Position numbers and translations under genes: made by a program. Shown here one piece after another: positions 9,045 to 18,014 of a stretch of 64,000 nucleotides of DNA (positions within the stretch are counted from its first letter, which is position 1; each line of letters starts with the position of its first letter). This DNA is from an uncultured Chloroflexia bacterium (lineage in GTDB: Bacteria; Chloroflexota; Limnocylindria; Limnocylindrales; CSP1-4): assembly GCA_963813535.1 (NCBI GenBank), contig CAWEZH010000002.1, positions 1,856,001 through 1,920,000 on the forward strand. Direction: 5' to 3'. The notes under the pieces were generated by a model. The model made no database searches. It was not told the origin of the DNA and saw only the letters and a program-made list of their open reading frames with translations.

Positions 9045-9896
9045 ATGTCCGGCCTGGCCCGTCCCGAGATCCTGGCCACGACCGAGTGGCTCGCCGAGCA
9101 CCTGGGCCGCCCGGGCGTCCGTCTGCTCGACGCTCGCTGGCGCCCCGATGGGACCGGCGCCGAGGTCCATCGCGCCGGGCATATCCCGGGTGCCGTGTCG
9201 GTCGACTGGCGGTCGGACCTGGTCGACATGGACCAGACCGGGGACACGATCCGCCTGGCATCACCGGGCCGCGTGGCGGCGACGGTGGCACGTGCCGGGA
9301 TCGGTGACGAGACGACCATCGTCGTCTACGACGACACCCAGGGCCTGTACGCCGCTCGAGTGTGGTGGACGTTGAAGGCCTATGGCGCGGAGCACGTCCG
9401 GGTCCTCGACGGTGGCTTCCCCGCGTGGGAGGCCGAGGGCCGCTCGGTCGAACGGGGAGCCGGCGAACCGCCGGAGGAGCCGCTGACGCCGTTCGTGCCG
9501 CGGGGCCCGAACAGGCTCCACCTCACGACATCCGACGTCCGCGGTCTGCTCGGCGCGCCGGGCGTCACGCTGCTCGACGCTCGTGCACCTGCCGAGTACC
9601 GCGGCTTCGAGGGGAACACGCGCAGGCTCGGCCATATCCCGGGCGCCATCAACGTGCCGGTGGGCTCGATGCATGTCGCCGGCAGCCAACGGCTGCGCGA
9701 CGGCGGCGACCTACGCGATCGACTGCACGCGGCGAACGTCAGCCGGGGTAGCCGGATGGTGGCATACGACGGATCCGGTGTCGCCGCTGCCAAGCTCGCC
9801 TTCGTGCTGAGCCTGCTCGGCCATGACGACGTGGCCGTATACGACGGCGGCTGGGCCGAGTGGGGGAACCGGCTCGACCTGCCGGTCGATCGCTAG
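9045..9896 (+). CDS. Tandem-domain rhodanese/sulfurtransferase (SseA/TST-like) lacking the catalytic Cys
   Basis: GHIPGA twice, VVYDD, LDGGF, YDGGWAEW. The active-site loop reads YDGSGVAA instead of YCGSG. Confidence 0.9.
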   Translation: MSGLARPEILATTEWLAEHLGRPGVRLLDARWRPDGTGAEVHRAGHIPGAVSVDWRSDLVDMDQTGDTIRLASPGRVAATVARAGIGDETTIVVYDDTQGLYAARVWWTLKAYGAEHVRVLDGGFPAWEAEGRSVERGAGEPPEEPLTPFVPRGPNRLHLTTSDVRGLLGAPGVTLLDARAPAEYRGFEGNTRRLGHIPGAINVPVGSMHVAGSQRLRDGGDLRDRLHAANVSRGSRMVAYDGSGVAAAKLAFVLSLLGHDDVAVYDGGWAEWGNRLDLPVDR

Positions 9897-9939
9897 AGCT
9901 CGACAGGCAGGCGAGCCGCGGCCGAGGCCCGGCGCGCGC

Positions 9940-10521
9940 CTACCAACCGGTCGGTTCCGGGGGAGGTTCCGCACCGGACGCGGGCCGCGTGTCGAGCCCC
10001 GCCCAGGGATCGCTGGCTCGATGCGGGGCCAGGATCTGTGCCCGCTCGTGGTTGACGGCCAGGAGCTCCGCCGTCTGGCGCGCCTCGTCGAGCACGTCGG
10101 ACCAGAAGGTCGCGCTGGTCACCGGCAGGAAATTGCCCGTGAGCTCGGACAAGGCGTCGCGCAAGCTCCGTTCGGGCATCAGGTGGATGTGTCCTGTGAC
10201 CTTGAACGGCGGGATCGAGATCAACGCCTCCTCGGGGATCTTCGGGGTTCGCAGCTCAGGGGCCGGCGCGACCGACTCGTTGACCACCGCGAACAGGACC
10301 GACGTCAGGTTCACTTGGGCGAACTCGGCTCGGAGCGACTCACCACGGGTGCCGAACTCGTCGGTCGTGACGTCGGACAGCACCAGGAACCGATCCTCGG
10401 CGAGGTTGAGCATGTCGGTCACGCGGCGCTGGCGTGTCGCGATGATCCCACGCACGACGAACGAGTCCGTGTAGAGCGTCAAACGGACCTGCTGGAAGTT
10501 GCCCCCGAGGGAGTCGAACAT
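9940..10521 (-). CDS. Hypothetical protein with an internal duplication (DUF6812-like)
   Basis: Two similar halves: G-x-I..R..D.LN..RFLVLSDV..AQVN and GHIH..RSLRDAL..NFLPVTSA..LAVN. Confidence 0.7.
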   Translation of the reverse strand: MFDSLGGNFQQVRLTLYTDSFVVRGIIATRQRRVTDMLNLAEDRFLVLSDVTTDEFGTRGESLRAEFAQVNLTSVLFAVVNESVAPAPELRTPKIPEEALISIPPFKVTGHIHLMPERSLRDALSELTGNFLPVTSATFWSDVLDEARQTAELLAVNHERAQILAPHRASDPWAGLDTRPASGAEPPPEPTGW

Positions 10522-10558
10522 CGGCCAAGGATACGCGGCAGTCGTGCCGCCGTGCGGC

Positions 10559-12286
10559 TCAGATAGGCTCCGCCGGGACGGTCCTGGCGCCCGCGGTCAC
10601 CAGCAGCTCGGACCCATGTTGCAGGCCCTCATACAGGGCCGTCACGGTCGCGACGGTGTCGATATCGTCAACGGTCTTGTCGCGCCTGAGCGCGTGGATG
10701 CGCGGGAAGCGCAGGCTGAACCCGGAGCCGTGACGCTTGCTCCGCACGATCACGTCGAACGCGATCTCGACCACGATCACTGGTTCCACCTGGCGGTAGC
10801 GCCCGTAGCGGGCGATCGTGTGCGCCTCGAACCACGCGGTCATCTCAGCGATCTCCGCATCGGTCAGGCCGCTGTACGCCTTGCCGATGTTGACGAGCGT
10901 GCCCGTCTCCTCGTCACGGACGGCGAACGTGTAGTCGGATAGGACGCCGTGCCGCTTGCCGTGGCCGACCTCGACGCCGACGACCACGCAATCGATGGTC
11001 GCGAGGGCCTTCTTCATCTTCAGCCAGCCGAGGCCCCGCCGACCGGGGGAATAGCCGCTGGTGGGATCCTTGACCATGAGACCCTCGTTGCGTCGGCCGC
11101 GCGCGTCGGCGAAGGCCACCTCGAGCGCGTCCGCGTCGCGCGCCACCGCGAGATGTGACCGGATGAACCGCCCACCGTCCTCGACGAGCGGCAGCTGGAC
11201 GGCATCCAGCCGCTCGCGCCGGGCGCGCAGCGGTTCGCGCAGCAGCGGCTCGACCGTGGCATCACCCTTGGCATCGTCACCCGGTCCCAGCGCGAGCAGG
11301 TCGAACGCCACGTAGATGACCGGGATGTCGGCCCGGATCGCCTCGGACGGCGACTTCCGACCGAGCCGCGCCTGGAGGCTGATGAACGGCAGCACCAGCC
11401 CGTCCTTGAAGGCGAGGATCTCGCCATCGATGACCCCGGTCCAGGGCAATGGCCGAGCCGCATCGACGATCTCGGGGAACTGGTTGCTGATGTCGTGCAG
11501 GTCGCGCGAATAGAGTCGGACGTCCTGGCCGCGCTTGTGGAGCTGGGCCCTGATGCCGTCGTACTTGTCCTCGACCCAGACCTCGGGGCCCAGCCTCCCG
11601 ATGATCTCGTCGGCGTCCTCGGCCGGCGACGCGAGCATGAACTTGAGCGGGTGGAAGAGCGCCAGCTCCGCGTCCCCGAGCCGGTCGTCACGGGCGAGCT
11701 CGGCGAGCCGGCCGATGTCGCCTGTGAGCATGCCCGACCACTTGACCTCGTCGATGGGCCGCTCGAAGGCCTTGGCGATGGCCGCCTCGACCAGCCCCTC
11801 GCGCAACCCGATCCGCAGCTCGCCACCGAGGACCTTGACGATCGCCTTGGCCGTGGGCGGGTCGGCACGGGCAAGCAGGTCGTGAAGGAGCTGCGCCTTG
11901 GCCTGGGGACCGGACGCCGTCTCGATCGCCGCGAACGTGGCAGCCACTTCGGGGAGCGTCGGCGAGAGCTCTGGCGGTGGCGTGTGTTCTGCGCGGATCA
12001 GCACGTCCTCGACCGCGAGGCTCAGGTCCGAGTACCGATCGTACGCGCGACCCATGTCCTCGCGCGTCGCGCCGGTGAGTGCCGCGATCGCCGCCATCAT
12101 CGCGGACCAGCCGAGGCCGGTCGCCCGCTGGTCCGCCTCGGGGAAGGGTCGCCCTGTGAGGAAGACGGCAGCGACCGGCAGCTCGTCGGGGGAGAGGCTT
12201 CGGAGGTAGTCGGCCAGCAGTGCGGTCTTCTCCGACGTTCGGGTCGTCGCCGCCACGCGCTCGGCCAGGTCGCTCCAGCGGCGCAT
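10559..12286 (-). CDS. ATP-dependent DNA ligase (LigB/archaeal-type: DBD + adenylation + OB domains)
   Basis: EDKYDGIRAQ (KxDG), IDGEI, AFDLL, EGLMVK, WLKMK, SLRFPRI. Confidence 0.96.
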   Translation of the reverse strand: MRRWSDLAERVAATTRTSEKTALLADYLRSLSPDELPVAAVFLTGRPFPEADQRATGLGWSAMMAAIAALTGATREDMGRAYDRYSDLSLAVEDVLIRAEHTPPPELSPTLPEVAATFAAIETASGPQAKAQLLHDLLARADPPTAKAIVKVLGGELRIGLREGLVEAAIAKAFERPIDEVKWSGMLTGDIGRLAELARDDRLGDAELALFHPLKFMLASPAEDADEIIGRLGPEVWVEDKYDGIRAQLHKRGQDVRLYSRDLHDISNQFPEIVDAARPLPWTGVIDGEILAFKDGLVLPFISLQARLGRKSPSEAIRADIPVIYVAFDLLALGPGDDAKGDATVEPLLREPLRARRERLDAVQLPLVEDGGRFIRSHLAVARDADALEVAFADARGRRNEGLMVKDPTSGYSPGRRGLGWLKMKKALATIDCVVVGVEVGHGKRHGVLSDYTFAVRDEETGTLVNIGKAYSGLTDAEIAEMTAWFEAHTIARYGRYRQVEPVIVVEIAFDVIVRSKRHGSGFSLRFPRIHALRRDKTVDDIDTVATVTALYEGLQHGSELLVTAGARTVPAEPI

Positions 12287-12312
12287 GGCGGGGATGGTAT
12301 ACGGTTCGGCCG
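12287..12312. promoter_or_regulatory. Back-to-back -10 elements for divergent leaderless genes
   Basis: TACCAT 12299-12294 (-), 7 nt to ATG 12286; TACGGT 12300-12305 (+), 7 nt to ATG 12313. Confidence 0.65.
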
Positions 12313-13041
12313 ATGGCGCCGCGAACCTGGTTCCCGGAGGTCCTGACGGGGTCGCGGGTGGTGCTGCGCCGACACGTTCCCGAGAACCTCGGGGCGTTCC
12401 GGCGGTGGTACTCCGACCCCGAGATCGCGCGCCTCGCGCGCTACCAGGAAGCCCCGATGCGGGCGGAGGAGATCGAGCGGTTCTTCGCCGCCCGCGTGGT
12501 CGGCGCGGACGCGCTTGCGATGGCGATCCATGAGCGCGCGTCCGATCGACTGGTGGGCACCTGCGCGTTCAGCCAGCTCGACGGCGACAACGGCTCGGCG
12601 CTGTACCACATCACGATCGGTGAGAAGGACGCGTGGGGCCGCGGCTACGGGAGCGAGGCGACCCGGCTCATGCTCGGGCATGCGTTCGGCGCGCTGGGCC
12701 TCCATCGGATCGCGCTGTTCGTGTTCGAGTTCAACGAGCGGGCCATCCGCACGTATCGCCGCTGCGGCTTCGTGGTCGAGGGCCGGGCCCGCGAGTCGAT
12801 CTTCCGCGACGGTCGCTGGTGGGACGAGCTGGCGATGAGCGTGCTCGAGAGCGACTGGCGACGATCCCGGGAGCTCGACGTCGAGGACGCGCTGGAGCGA
12901 GAGACGCTGCGTGCCGACGCGGATGCCGACGCCGAGGCGGTCGGGGCGGCCACCCAGGCGGAAGCGAGCCGCCAGGTCGATGCGCCGCGTCTGGCAGACG
13001 GGCGAAGCTTCCTCAGGCGAACCGTCCGGCGGTTCTCATGA
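12313..13041 (+). CDS. GNAT N-acetyltransferase (RimJ/RimL family)
   Basis: IGEKDAWGRGYGSEA, FNERAIRTYRRCGFVVEG. Confidence 0.9.
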   Translation: MAPRTWFPEVLTGSRVVLRRHVPENLGAFRRWYSDPEIARLARYQEAPMRAEEIERFFAARVVGADALAMAIHERASDRLVGTCAFSQLDGDNGSALYHITIGEKDAWGRGYGSEATRLMLGHAFGALGLHRIALFVFEFNERAIRTYRRCGFVVEGRARESIFRDGRWWDELAMSVLESDWRRSRELDVEDALERETLRADADADAEAVGAATQAEASRQVDAPRLADGRSFLRRTVRRFS

Positions 13042-13316
13042 GTAGCACCGGGCCCGCGGCCGACGCGGCTCGCTCCGACGTCCGTGAGCTGATCGGCGCG
13101 AAGGGCCACACCGTCGACAACGCCCGGGCCGTGGTCGCCCGCCTCGAGCGGGCCTTCGCGGACGGCTCGCTGGTGCTGACGCCCGACCTCGCGCAGTATC
13201 TCGAGGATCTGATGCAAGCTCTCGAGCAGGACGAGGGCCAGAAGCTCGGCGGCAAGGCGGCGGAGGCGGCCCGGTTCATCCTGCGGGCCGTCGACCGCGA
13301 GCTCGACCGGGCCTAG
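13038..13316 (+). CDS. Hypothetical helical protein (92 aa)
   Basis: ATGA overlap with the GNAT stop; amphipathic helical sequence. Confidence 0.7.
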   Translation: MSSTGPAADAARSDVRELIGAKGHTVDNARAVVARLERAFADGSLVLTPDLAQYLEDLMQALEQDEGQKLGGKAAEAARFILRAVDRELDRA

Positions 13317-13425
13317 GCGGGTCGCGATATCGCCGAGCGGCCCGTCCCGGACAAGGCCTGATCGCCATCCCCGACGGGAAACCGCGGAGAGGCGCACCAT
13401 GTGGGTCCGCATGTGGGAGATCGAC

Positions 13426-13851
13426 ATGGTCGCGACGATCGATGAGGCGAGGGAGACGGCGCGCGCAGCGGCAGCCGAACCGATCGACAGGATGCTCGAC
13501 AAACTGGGCGAACGGATCGGCATGCGAGCCTCGGTCCGCGCGGTCTTCGGCGAACCGCTGGAACGCGGGGAGGTGACGATCATCCCCGTCGCACGTGTCC
13601 GCTGGGGCTACGGTGGCGGTTCGGGGACCGGCCCGGTCCGATCGGACGCGACGGATGGCCAGACGATGAGCGGCGGCAGCGGGGCCGGTGGTGGGGTCCT
13701 GGCCGACCCGATGGGATACGTGGAGGTCCGTCACGACAGCGCGGCGTACGTCCCGCTCACGTCGCCGTGGCTGAATCCGTTCGTGATCCTCGCCTCGGGG
13801 ATCTCGATCGCGGTCGTCATCCGCGTCCTGGCGCGCCTCATCCGCGGCTGA
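13426..13851 (+). CDS. GerW/YtfJ-family protein with a C-terminal TM
   Basis: VFGEPLERGEVTIIPVARVRWGYGGGSG..GGSGAGGG..PMGYVEV; GGAGA SD upstream. Confidence 0.8.
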   Translation: MVATIDEARETARAAAAEPIDRMLDKLGERIGMRASVRAVFGEPLERGEVTIIPVARVRWGYGGGSGTGPVRSDATDGQTMSGGSGAGGGVLADPMGYVEVRHDSAAYVPLTSPWLNPFVILASGISIAVVIRVLARLIRG

Positions 13852-13945
13852 TCCGTCCGACCAATCCCGGCGGTCCGCCCTCTCGATCCGACGCTGGTCG
13901 GCGCCCTAGACTTGACGGCCCGCGCACCTGGATCGGAGGCCCACC

Positions 13946-14896
13946 GTGACCGAGCTCAAGACCGGCATCCTGCTCTGGAGCCAGGCGGCGACCTGGCCCG
14001 AGATGCTCGACGCAGCGAAGCGGGTCGATCGACTCGGGTACGACCACCTCTGGACGTGGGACCACATCTACGCCATCTTCGGCGACCCGTACCAGCCGAT
14101 CTTCGAGGGCTGGACCACGCTGGGCGCCTGGGCGATGGCGACAGAGCAGACGCGCCTGGGTCTGCTCGTCGGCGCCAACACGTTCCGCAACCCGGGCCTC
14201 ACCGCGAAGCTCGCGGCGACGCTCGATCACATCAGCGACGGCCGGGGGATCCTCGGCATCGGCGGGGCGTGGTTCGAACTCGAGCACCAGGCGCACGGGA
14301 TCGAGTTCGGGTCGTCGACCGGGAAACGCCTCGATTGGATGGACGAGGCCGTCGCGGCGATGCGCACGGTCCTCGACGGCGGGTCGGCCTCCTCTCCGCC
14401 GGATACACGCTATGCGTTCGACGACCTCCGTCACCAGCCGCTCCCGGTGCAGCGCCGGATGCCGATCATGATCGGCGGCAGCGGCGAGAAGAAGACGCTC
14501 CGCACGGTCGCCAAGTACGCCGACATGTGGAACGCCATGGGGCCGCTCGAGCTGATGGCGCACAAGGTGGATGTGCTCAAGCGCCACTGCGACGACGTCG
14601 GCCGCGACATCGCCGAGATCGAGTTCACGCTGGGCGTCAAGTTCACGATCCGGGACAGCGAGGCAGAGGCCGACCGCGTCTGGAAAGCCGCGATGGAGCA
14701 CAACAGGACGCCGATGTCCGAGGTCGAGGACGACGACACGTTCTGGAACGGGACGCCGGAGCAGCTGGCCGAGAAGCTGCGGCCGTACTACGAGCTCGGG
14801 TTCCGGACGGTGATCTCGGAGCAGCCGGCGCCGTACGACGTCGAGACGTTCGAGCGATTCGTCGGTGAGGTGAAGCCGCTCGTCGAGCGCGGCTAG
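13946..14896 (+). CDS. LLM-class flavin (probably F420)-dependent oxidoreductase
   Basis: WTWDH, FRNPGLTAKLAATLDHISDGRGILGIGGAW, PIMIGGSGEKKTLR; GGAGG SD. Confidence 0.92.
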   Translation: MTELKTGILLWSQAATWPEMLDAAKRVDRLGYDHLWTWDHIYAIFGDPYQPIFEGWTTLGAWAMATEQTRLGLLVGANTFRNPGLTAKLAATLDHISDGRGILGIGGAWFELEHQAHGIEFGSSTGKRLDWMDEAVAAMRTVLDGGSASSPPDTRYAFDDLRHQPLPVQRRMPIMIGGSGEKKTLRTVAKYADMWNAMGPLELMAHKVDVLKRHCDDVGRDIAEIEFTLGVKFTIRDSEAEADRVWKAAMEHNRTPMSEVEDDDTFWNGTPEQLAEKLRPYYELGFRTVISEQPAPYDVETFERFVGEVKPLVERG

Positions 14897-14940
14897 CGGC
14901 CGCGCCGGCGGAGTCGGCGCCGGTCGAGGTCCCTATCGAG

Positions 14941-16128
14941 TCAATCCAGGACCGACGCCAGGATCGCCCGAGCCTCCGCGAGTGACGGCAGCCTGGGGGA
15001 GTTGCGGATGGCGACGTCATCGATGGCGTCCTGGGCGACCACATCCAGCGATGCGTCATCGAACCCGAGCGAGCGAAGCGTCTGGCGCTGCCCGACGCTC
15101 GCCAGGAACCGGCGCAGCTCGCCGATCGCCGCACCGGTCGCGGTCGCCGGCTCCTCGGTCGGGCTTGCTGCACGCAATGCGACGCCGACCAGTGCCAGCT
15201 CCCGGTCGCGCAGCCCCGGCTCGGCGGCGTAGAAGGAGAGCACTTCAGGCAGGACGACGGCCAGCGCCGTCCCGTGGGGCAGACGGCCGCGGGTCCCGAG
15301 CGCGTGCCCGAGCGCATGGACCAGGCCGACGCCCGTCCCGCTCGCCTGCCCTACCCCGGCGAGGTGGGCGGCCAGCAGCATCTGCGAGCGCGCCTCAAGG
15401 TCCGCCCCGTCGGCGATGGCACGCGGGAGCCACTCGGCGACGGTCCTGACGACCGCGAGCGCCATCGCCTCGGCGAACGGGTTGGCGTTCCGGGATAGCA
15501 AGGACTCGAGCGAGTGCGTCATCGCATCGACGCCGGTCGCGGCGGTCACCCCGGCCGGCAATGCGACCGTCAAGCCCGGGTCGAGGATCGTCGTCGCCGG
15601 TAGCAGCGACCGATGGCCGATGTAGTCCTTGCGCCCGGTCTCCTCGTTGGTGATCACCGCGAACGGATGCGCCTCGGATCCGGTGCCGGCCGTGGTCGGG
15701 ATCGCGATGATCGGGCGGCCCGGTGCGAGGTCCGGTCCGTCGTACTCGAGCTCCCACACGGGTCGGTCGTTGGCGGCGCACAGCGCGATCGCCTTGGCGG
15801 CATCCATCGCGGAGCCGCCACCCAGCGCCACCACGACGGTCCCGTCGAGCCCGAGCGTACGCAGGGTCGTCGCGCCCGCCTCCACGGTGCCGCCCGACGG
15901 GTTCGCCTCGACCTCGCTGAACATCGACGTGGGGATCAGGGCGCCCTGGAGGACATCGACGGTATCGGCGGCGATGCCCGCGACCACGACCCCCGGGTCG
16001 GTCACGAGGAAGACCCGCCGGCAACCGGTGGCGGCGACGACGTCGGGCAGTCGCTCGAGGCTCCCGACGCCGAACAGGACACGATTCCGGAGGGTGATCT
16101 CGATCTGGCGATCGGCCAGACCGGTCAC
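14941..16128 (-). CDS. Iron-containing (type III) alcohol dehydrogenase
   Basis: LGGGSAMDAAK, PTTAGTGSE, DAMTHSLE, LVHALGH, HG; GTGA overlap with soxD. Confidence 0.93.
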   Translation of the reverse strand: MTGLADRQIEITLRNRVLFGVGSLERLPDVVAATGCRRVFLVTDPGVVVAGIAADTVDVLQGALIPTSMFSEVEANPSGGTVEAGATTLRTLGLDGTVVVALGGGSAMDAAKAIALCAANDRPVWELEYDGPDLAPGRPIIAIPTTAGTGSEAHPFAVITNEETGRKDYIGHRSLLPATTILDPGLTVALPAGVTAATGVDAMTHSLESLLSRNANPFAEAMALAVVRTVAEWLPRAIADGADLEARSQMLLAAHLAGVGQASGTGVGLVHALGHALGTRGRLPHGTALAVVLPEVLSFYAAEPGLRDRELALVGVALRAASPTEEPATATGAAIGELRRFLASVGQRQTLRSLGFDDASLDVVAQDAIDDVAIRNSPRLPSLAEARAILASVLD

Positions 16129-16370
16129 GACAGGATCTCGAGCACCTGGTCGACACTGGTGTCGCGCCGGATCGTCAACCAGCGCCGACACCCCGCGGCG
16201 TGGAACCAGCGCTCGGTGGACTCGCCATCGGGGTTCTCGAAGACCCATACCTCGTCGAAGTCGCGCGCGTCAGCGTCGGTGATCGAGTCGGGGACGTCGC
16301 GGCGCTCCCCACCGAACGTGAACTCCTCGAGCGGGCGCCGCCCGCAGCGCGGACAGTCGAGCCACAACAT
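16125..16370 (-). CDS. soxD: Heterotetrameric sarcosine oxidase delta subunit-like
   Basis: CPRCGRRPLEEF..ERWFHAAGCRRW (Zn ligands). Confidence 0.9.
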   Translation of the reverse strand: MLWLDCPRCGRRPLEEFTFGGERRDVPDSITDADARDFDEVWVFENPDGESTERWFHAAGCRRWLTIRRDTSVDQVLEILS

Positions 16371-17593
16371 CAGCGGGTCCCCGCCGAGCCCTGATCGGCC
16401 ATCGCGTGATCGCGCCGGAACCGGTCGAGCGCGAAGGGAGCGATCAGCTCGGGCGTCCGGCCCGTGGCGACCAGCTCGGCCATCGCCTCGCCACCCGCCG
16501 GGATGGCCTTGAAGCCCCACGTCCCCCAGCCCGTGGTGACCAGGAAGCCATCGACGCCGGTCGGACCCATGATCGGCGAGAAGTCGACCGAGATGTCGCA
16601 GATACCCGCCCATGTCCGCAGGATCCGCATGTCGCGCAGGAACGGCAGGATGCGGGTGATCTTGTGGGCGTAGCCGCGCAGCGCGGCGAACGATGACTGG
16701 CGCGAATAGGACGGCTGGGCGTCGAACTCGGCGCCGATCAGCATCTGGCCCCGCTCGGTCTGCGATACGTAGCAGTTGAGCTCGGTGCTGGCGACGATCG
16801 GCCCGAAGCCCTGTTCGTAGTCGTTGGTCACGAAGGCGTGGAGGGGGTGGGTGCGGATCGGCAGGCGGACACCGGCTTGGGCGGCCAACGCGGTGATGCG
16901 GCCACCGACCGCCGATACCACGACGCCAGCCGAGATCGGGCCCTTGACGGTCTCCACGCCCACGACGCGATCGCCATCGCGGAGGAGTCCCGTGACCGCG
17001 GTGTGCTGGATGACGTGGACCCCGCGCTTCGCCGCTCCCGAGGCATACGCCCACGCGACGCGGTCGTGGCGAGCCGTCGCCGCTTCGAGGTGATGGGACG
17101 CGCCGAGCACCGGGTAGCGCCGTCCGCCGGTGAGATCGATCTGCGGGACGAGCTCCTTGATCTCCGCCGGGGTCACCATCACGGTCTTCGCTCCGGCGGC
17201 GGTATTCATCGCCGCACGCGCGCGCTCGGTGCGCAGGGCCATCTCCGTGTGGGCCATCCAGAAGATGCCCTTGGTCTGGTGGAGGATCGCGGCGCCGACC
17301 TCGTCCTCGAGGTCGCGGTACATCTCGAGCGAGTGCTGGTAGAAGCGGATCGCCTCGGGCAGCCCGTAGTTCGCGCGGATGATCGTGGTGTTCCGGCCGG
17401 TATTCCCGGAGGCGATGTAGTCGGCCTCGAGCACCGCCACGTTCGTGATCCCGTGACGCGTCGCCAGGTAGTAGGCAGTCGACAGGCCGTGCCCCCCGCC
17501 ACCGACGATGACGACGTCGTAGGCGTCCTTCGGCTCGTCCCACCGCAACGCAGGCAACGTCGCCACGTACGGCGCGGCCACCCCTTTTCTCAT
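16370..17593 (-). CDS. soxB: Sarcosine oxidase beta subunit-like FAD protein
   Basis: GGGGHGLSTAYYLA, GNTGRNTTIIRANY, ARHDRVAWAYA, GWGTWGFKAIP. Confidence 0.93.
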   Translation of the reverse strand: MRKGVAAPYVATLPALRWDEPKDAYDVVIVGGGGHGLSTAYYLATRHGITNVAVLEADYIASGNTGRNTTIIRANYGLPEAIRFYQHSLEMYRDLEDEVGAAILHQTKGIFWMAHTEMALRTERARAAMNTAAGAKTVMVTPAEIKELVPQIDLTGGRRYPVLGASHHLEAATARHDRVAWAYASGAAKRGVHVIQHTAVTGLLRDGDRVVGVETVKGPISAGVVVSAVGGRITALAAQAGVRLPIRTHPLHAFVTNDYEQGFGPIVASTELNCYVSQTERGQMLIGAEFDAQPSYSRQSSFAALRGYAHKITRILPFLRDMRILRTWAGICDISVDFSPIMGPTGVDGFLVTTGWGTWGFKAIPAGGEAMAELVATGRTPELIAPFALDRFRRDHAMADQGSAGTR

Positions 17594-17606
17594 GCGGCGC
17601 GCCGCC

Positions 17607-18014
17607 TCATGGCATGACCGGGAGGCGGGCGAGGAGGTCGTCGACATAGGCGGCCTGGACGAACAGGGTGGCGGCGCCCGTGGTGTCGATGTAGAGCTTG
17701 GCCGGCACGCCGGCGATCGCTCCCTGGGTGAAGGCCGGGCGTGTCGGCGGGACCGGCCACTCGATGCGCGGCAACACGACGTCGATGAATTCGTCGACCG
17801 GGAACATGATCGCGAGGAAGCCGACCTCGGGCTCCGCGATCGCGTCCGGATCGTCGAGGTGGACGCCCGTCGCACCGACGGCGAATGCCTCGTCGGGTGC
17901 GAACCGAAGGACCAGCGGCTCGAAATCGTCGAGTCCCGGACCGGAGTCCTGCCACGCCGCCGCGTCGATCGCCGCGGGTGATCCGACGACACGCACGCCG
18001 GGCGCCCTAAGCAC
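17607..18014 (-). CDS. Sarcosine oxidase gamma subunit-like small protein
   Basis: Lies between the alpha and beta genes; LRFAPDEA..FTQGAIAGVP resembles the SoxG/GcvT N-terminal fold. Start 18014 or 18020. Confidence 0.6.
   Translation of the reverse strand: MLRAPGVRVVGSPAAIDAAAWQDSGPGLDDFEPLVLRFAPDEAFAVGATGVHLDDPDAIAEPEVGFLAIMFPVDEFIDVVLPRIEWPVPPTRPAFTQGAIAGVPAKLYIDTTGAATLFVQAAYVDDLLARLPVMP

Noticed and set aside
10559-12286. NHEJ or phage ligase module
   Set aside because: There is no Ku, polymerase/phosphoesterase domain or phage context; it is an ordinary standalone ATP-dependent ligase.
13426-13851. GerW/YtfJ as evidence of sporulation
   Set aside because: The family is widespread in non-sporulating prokaryotes, and there are no other sporulation genes here.
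17590-17610. Six-codon ORF MRRRAA bridging the soxG-like stop and the soxB start
   Set aside because: It could aid translational coupling, but it is easily chance and a GAGG SD-like sequence already explains soxB initiation.
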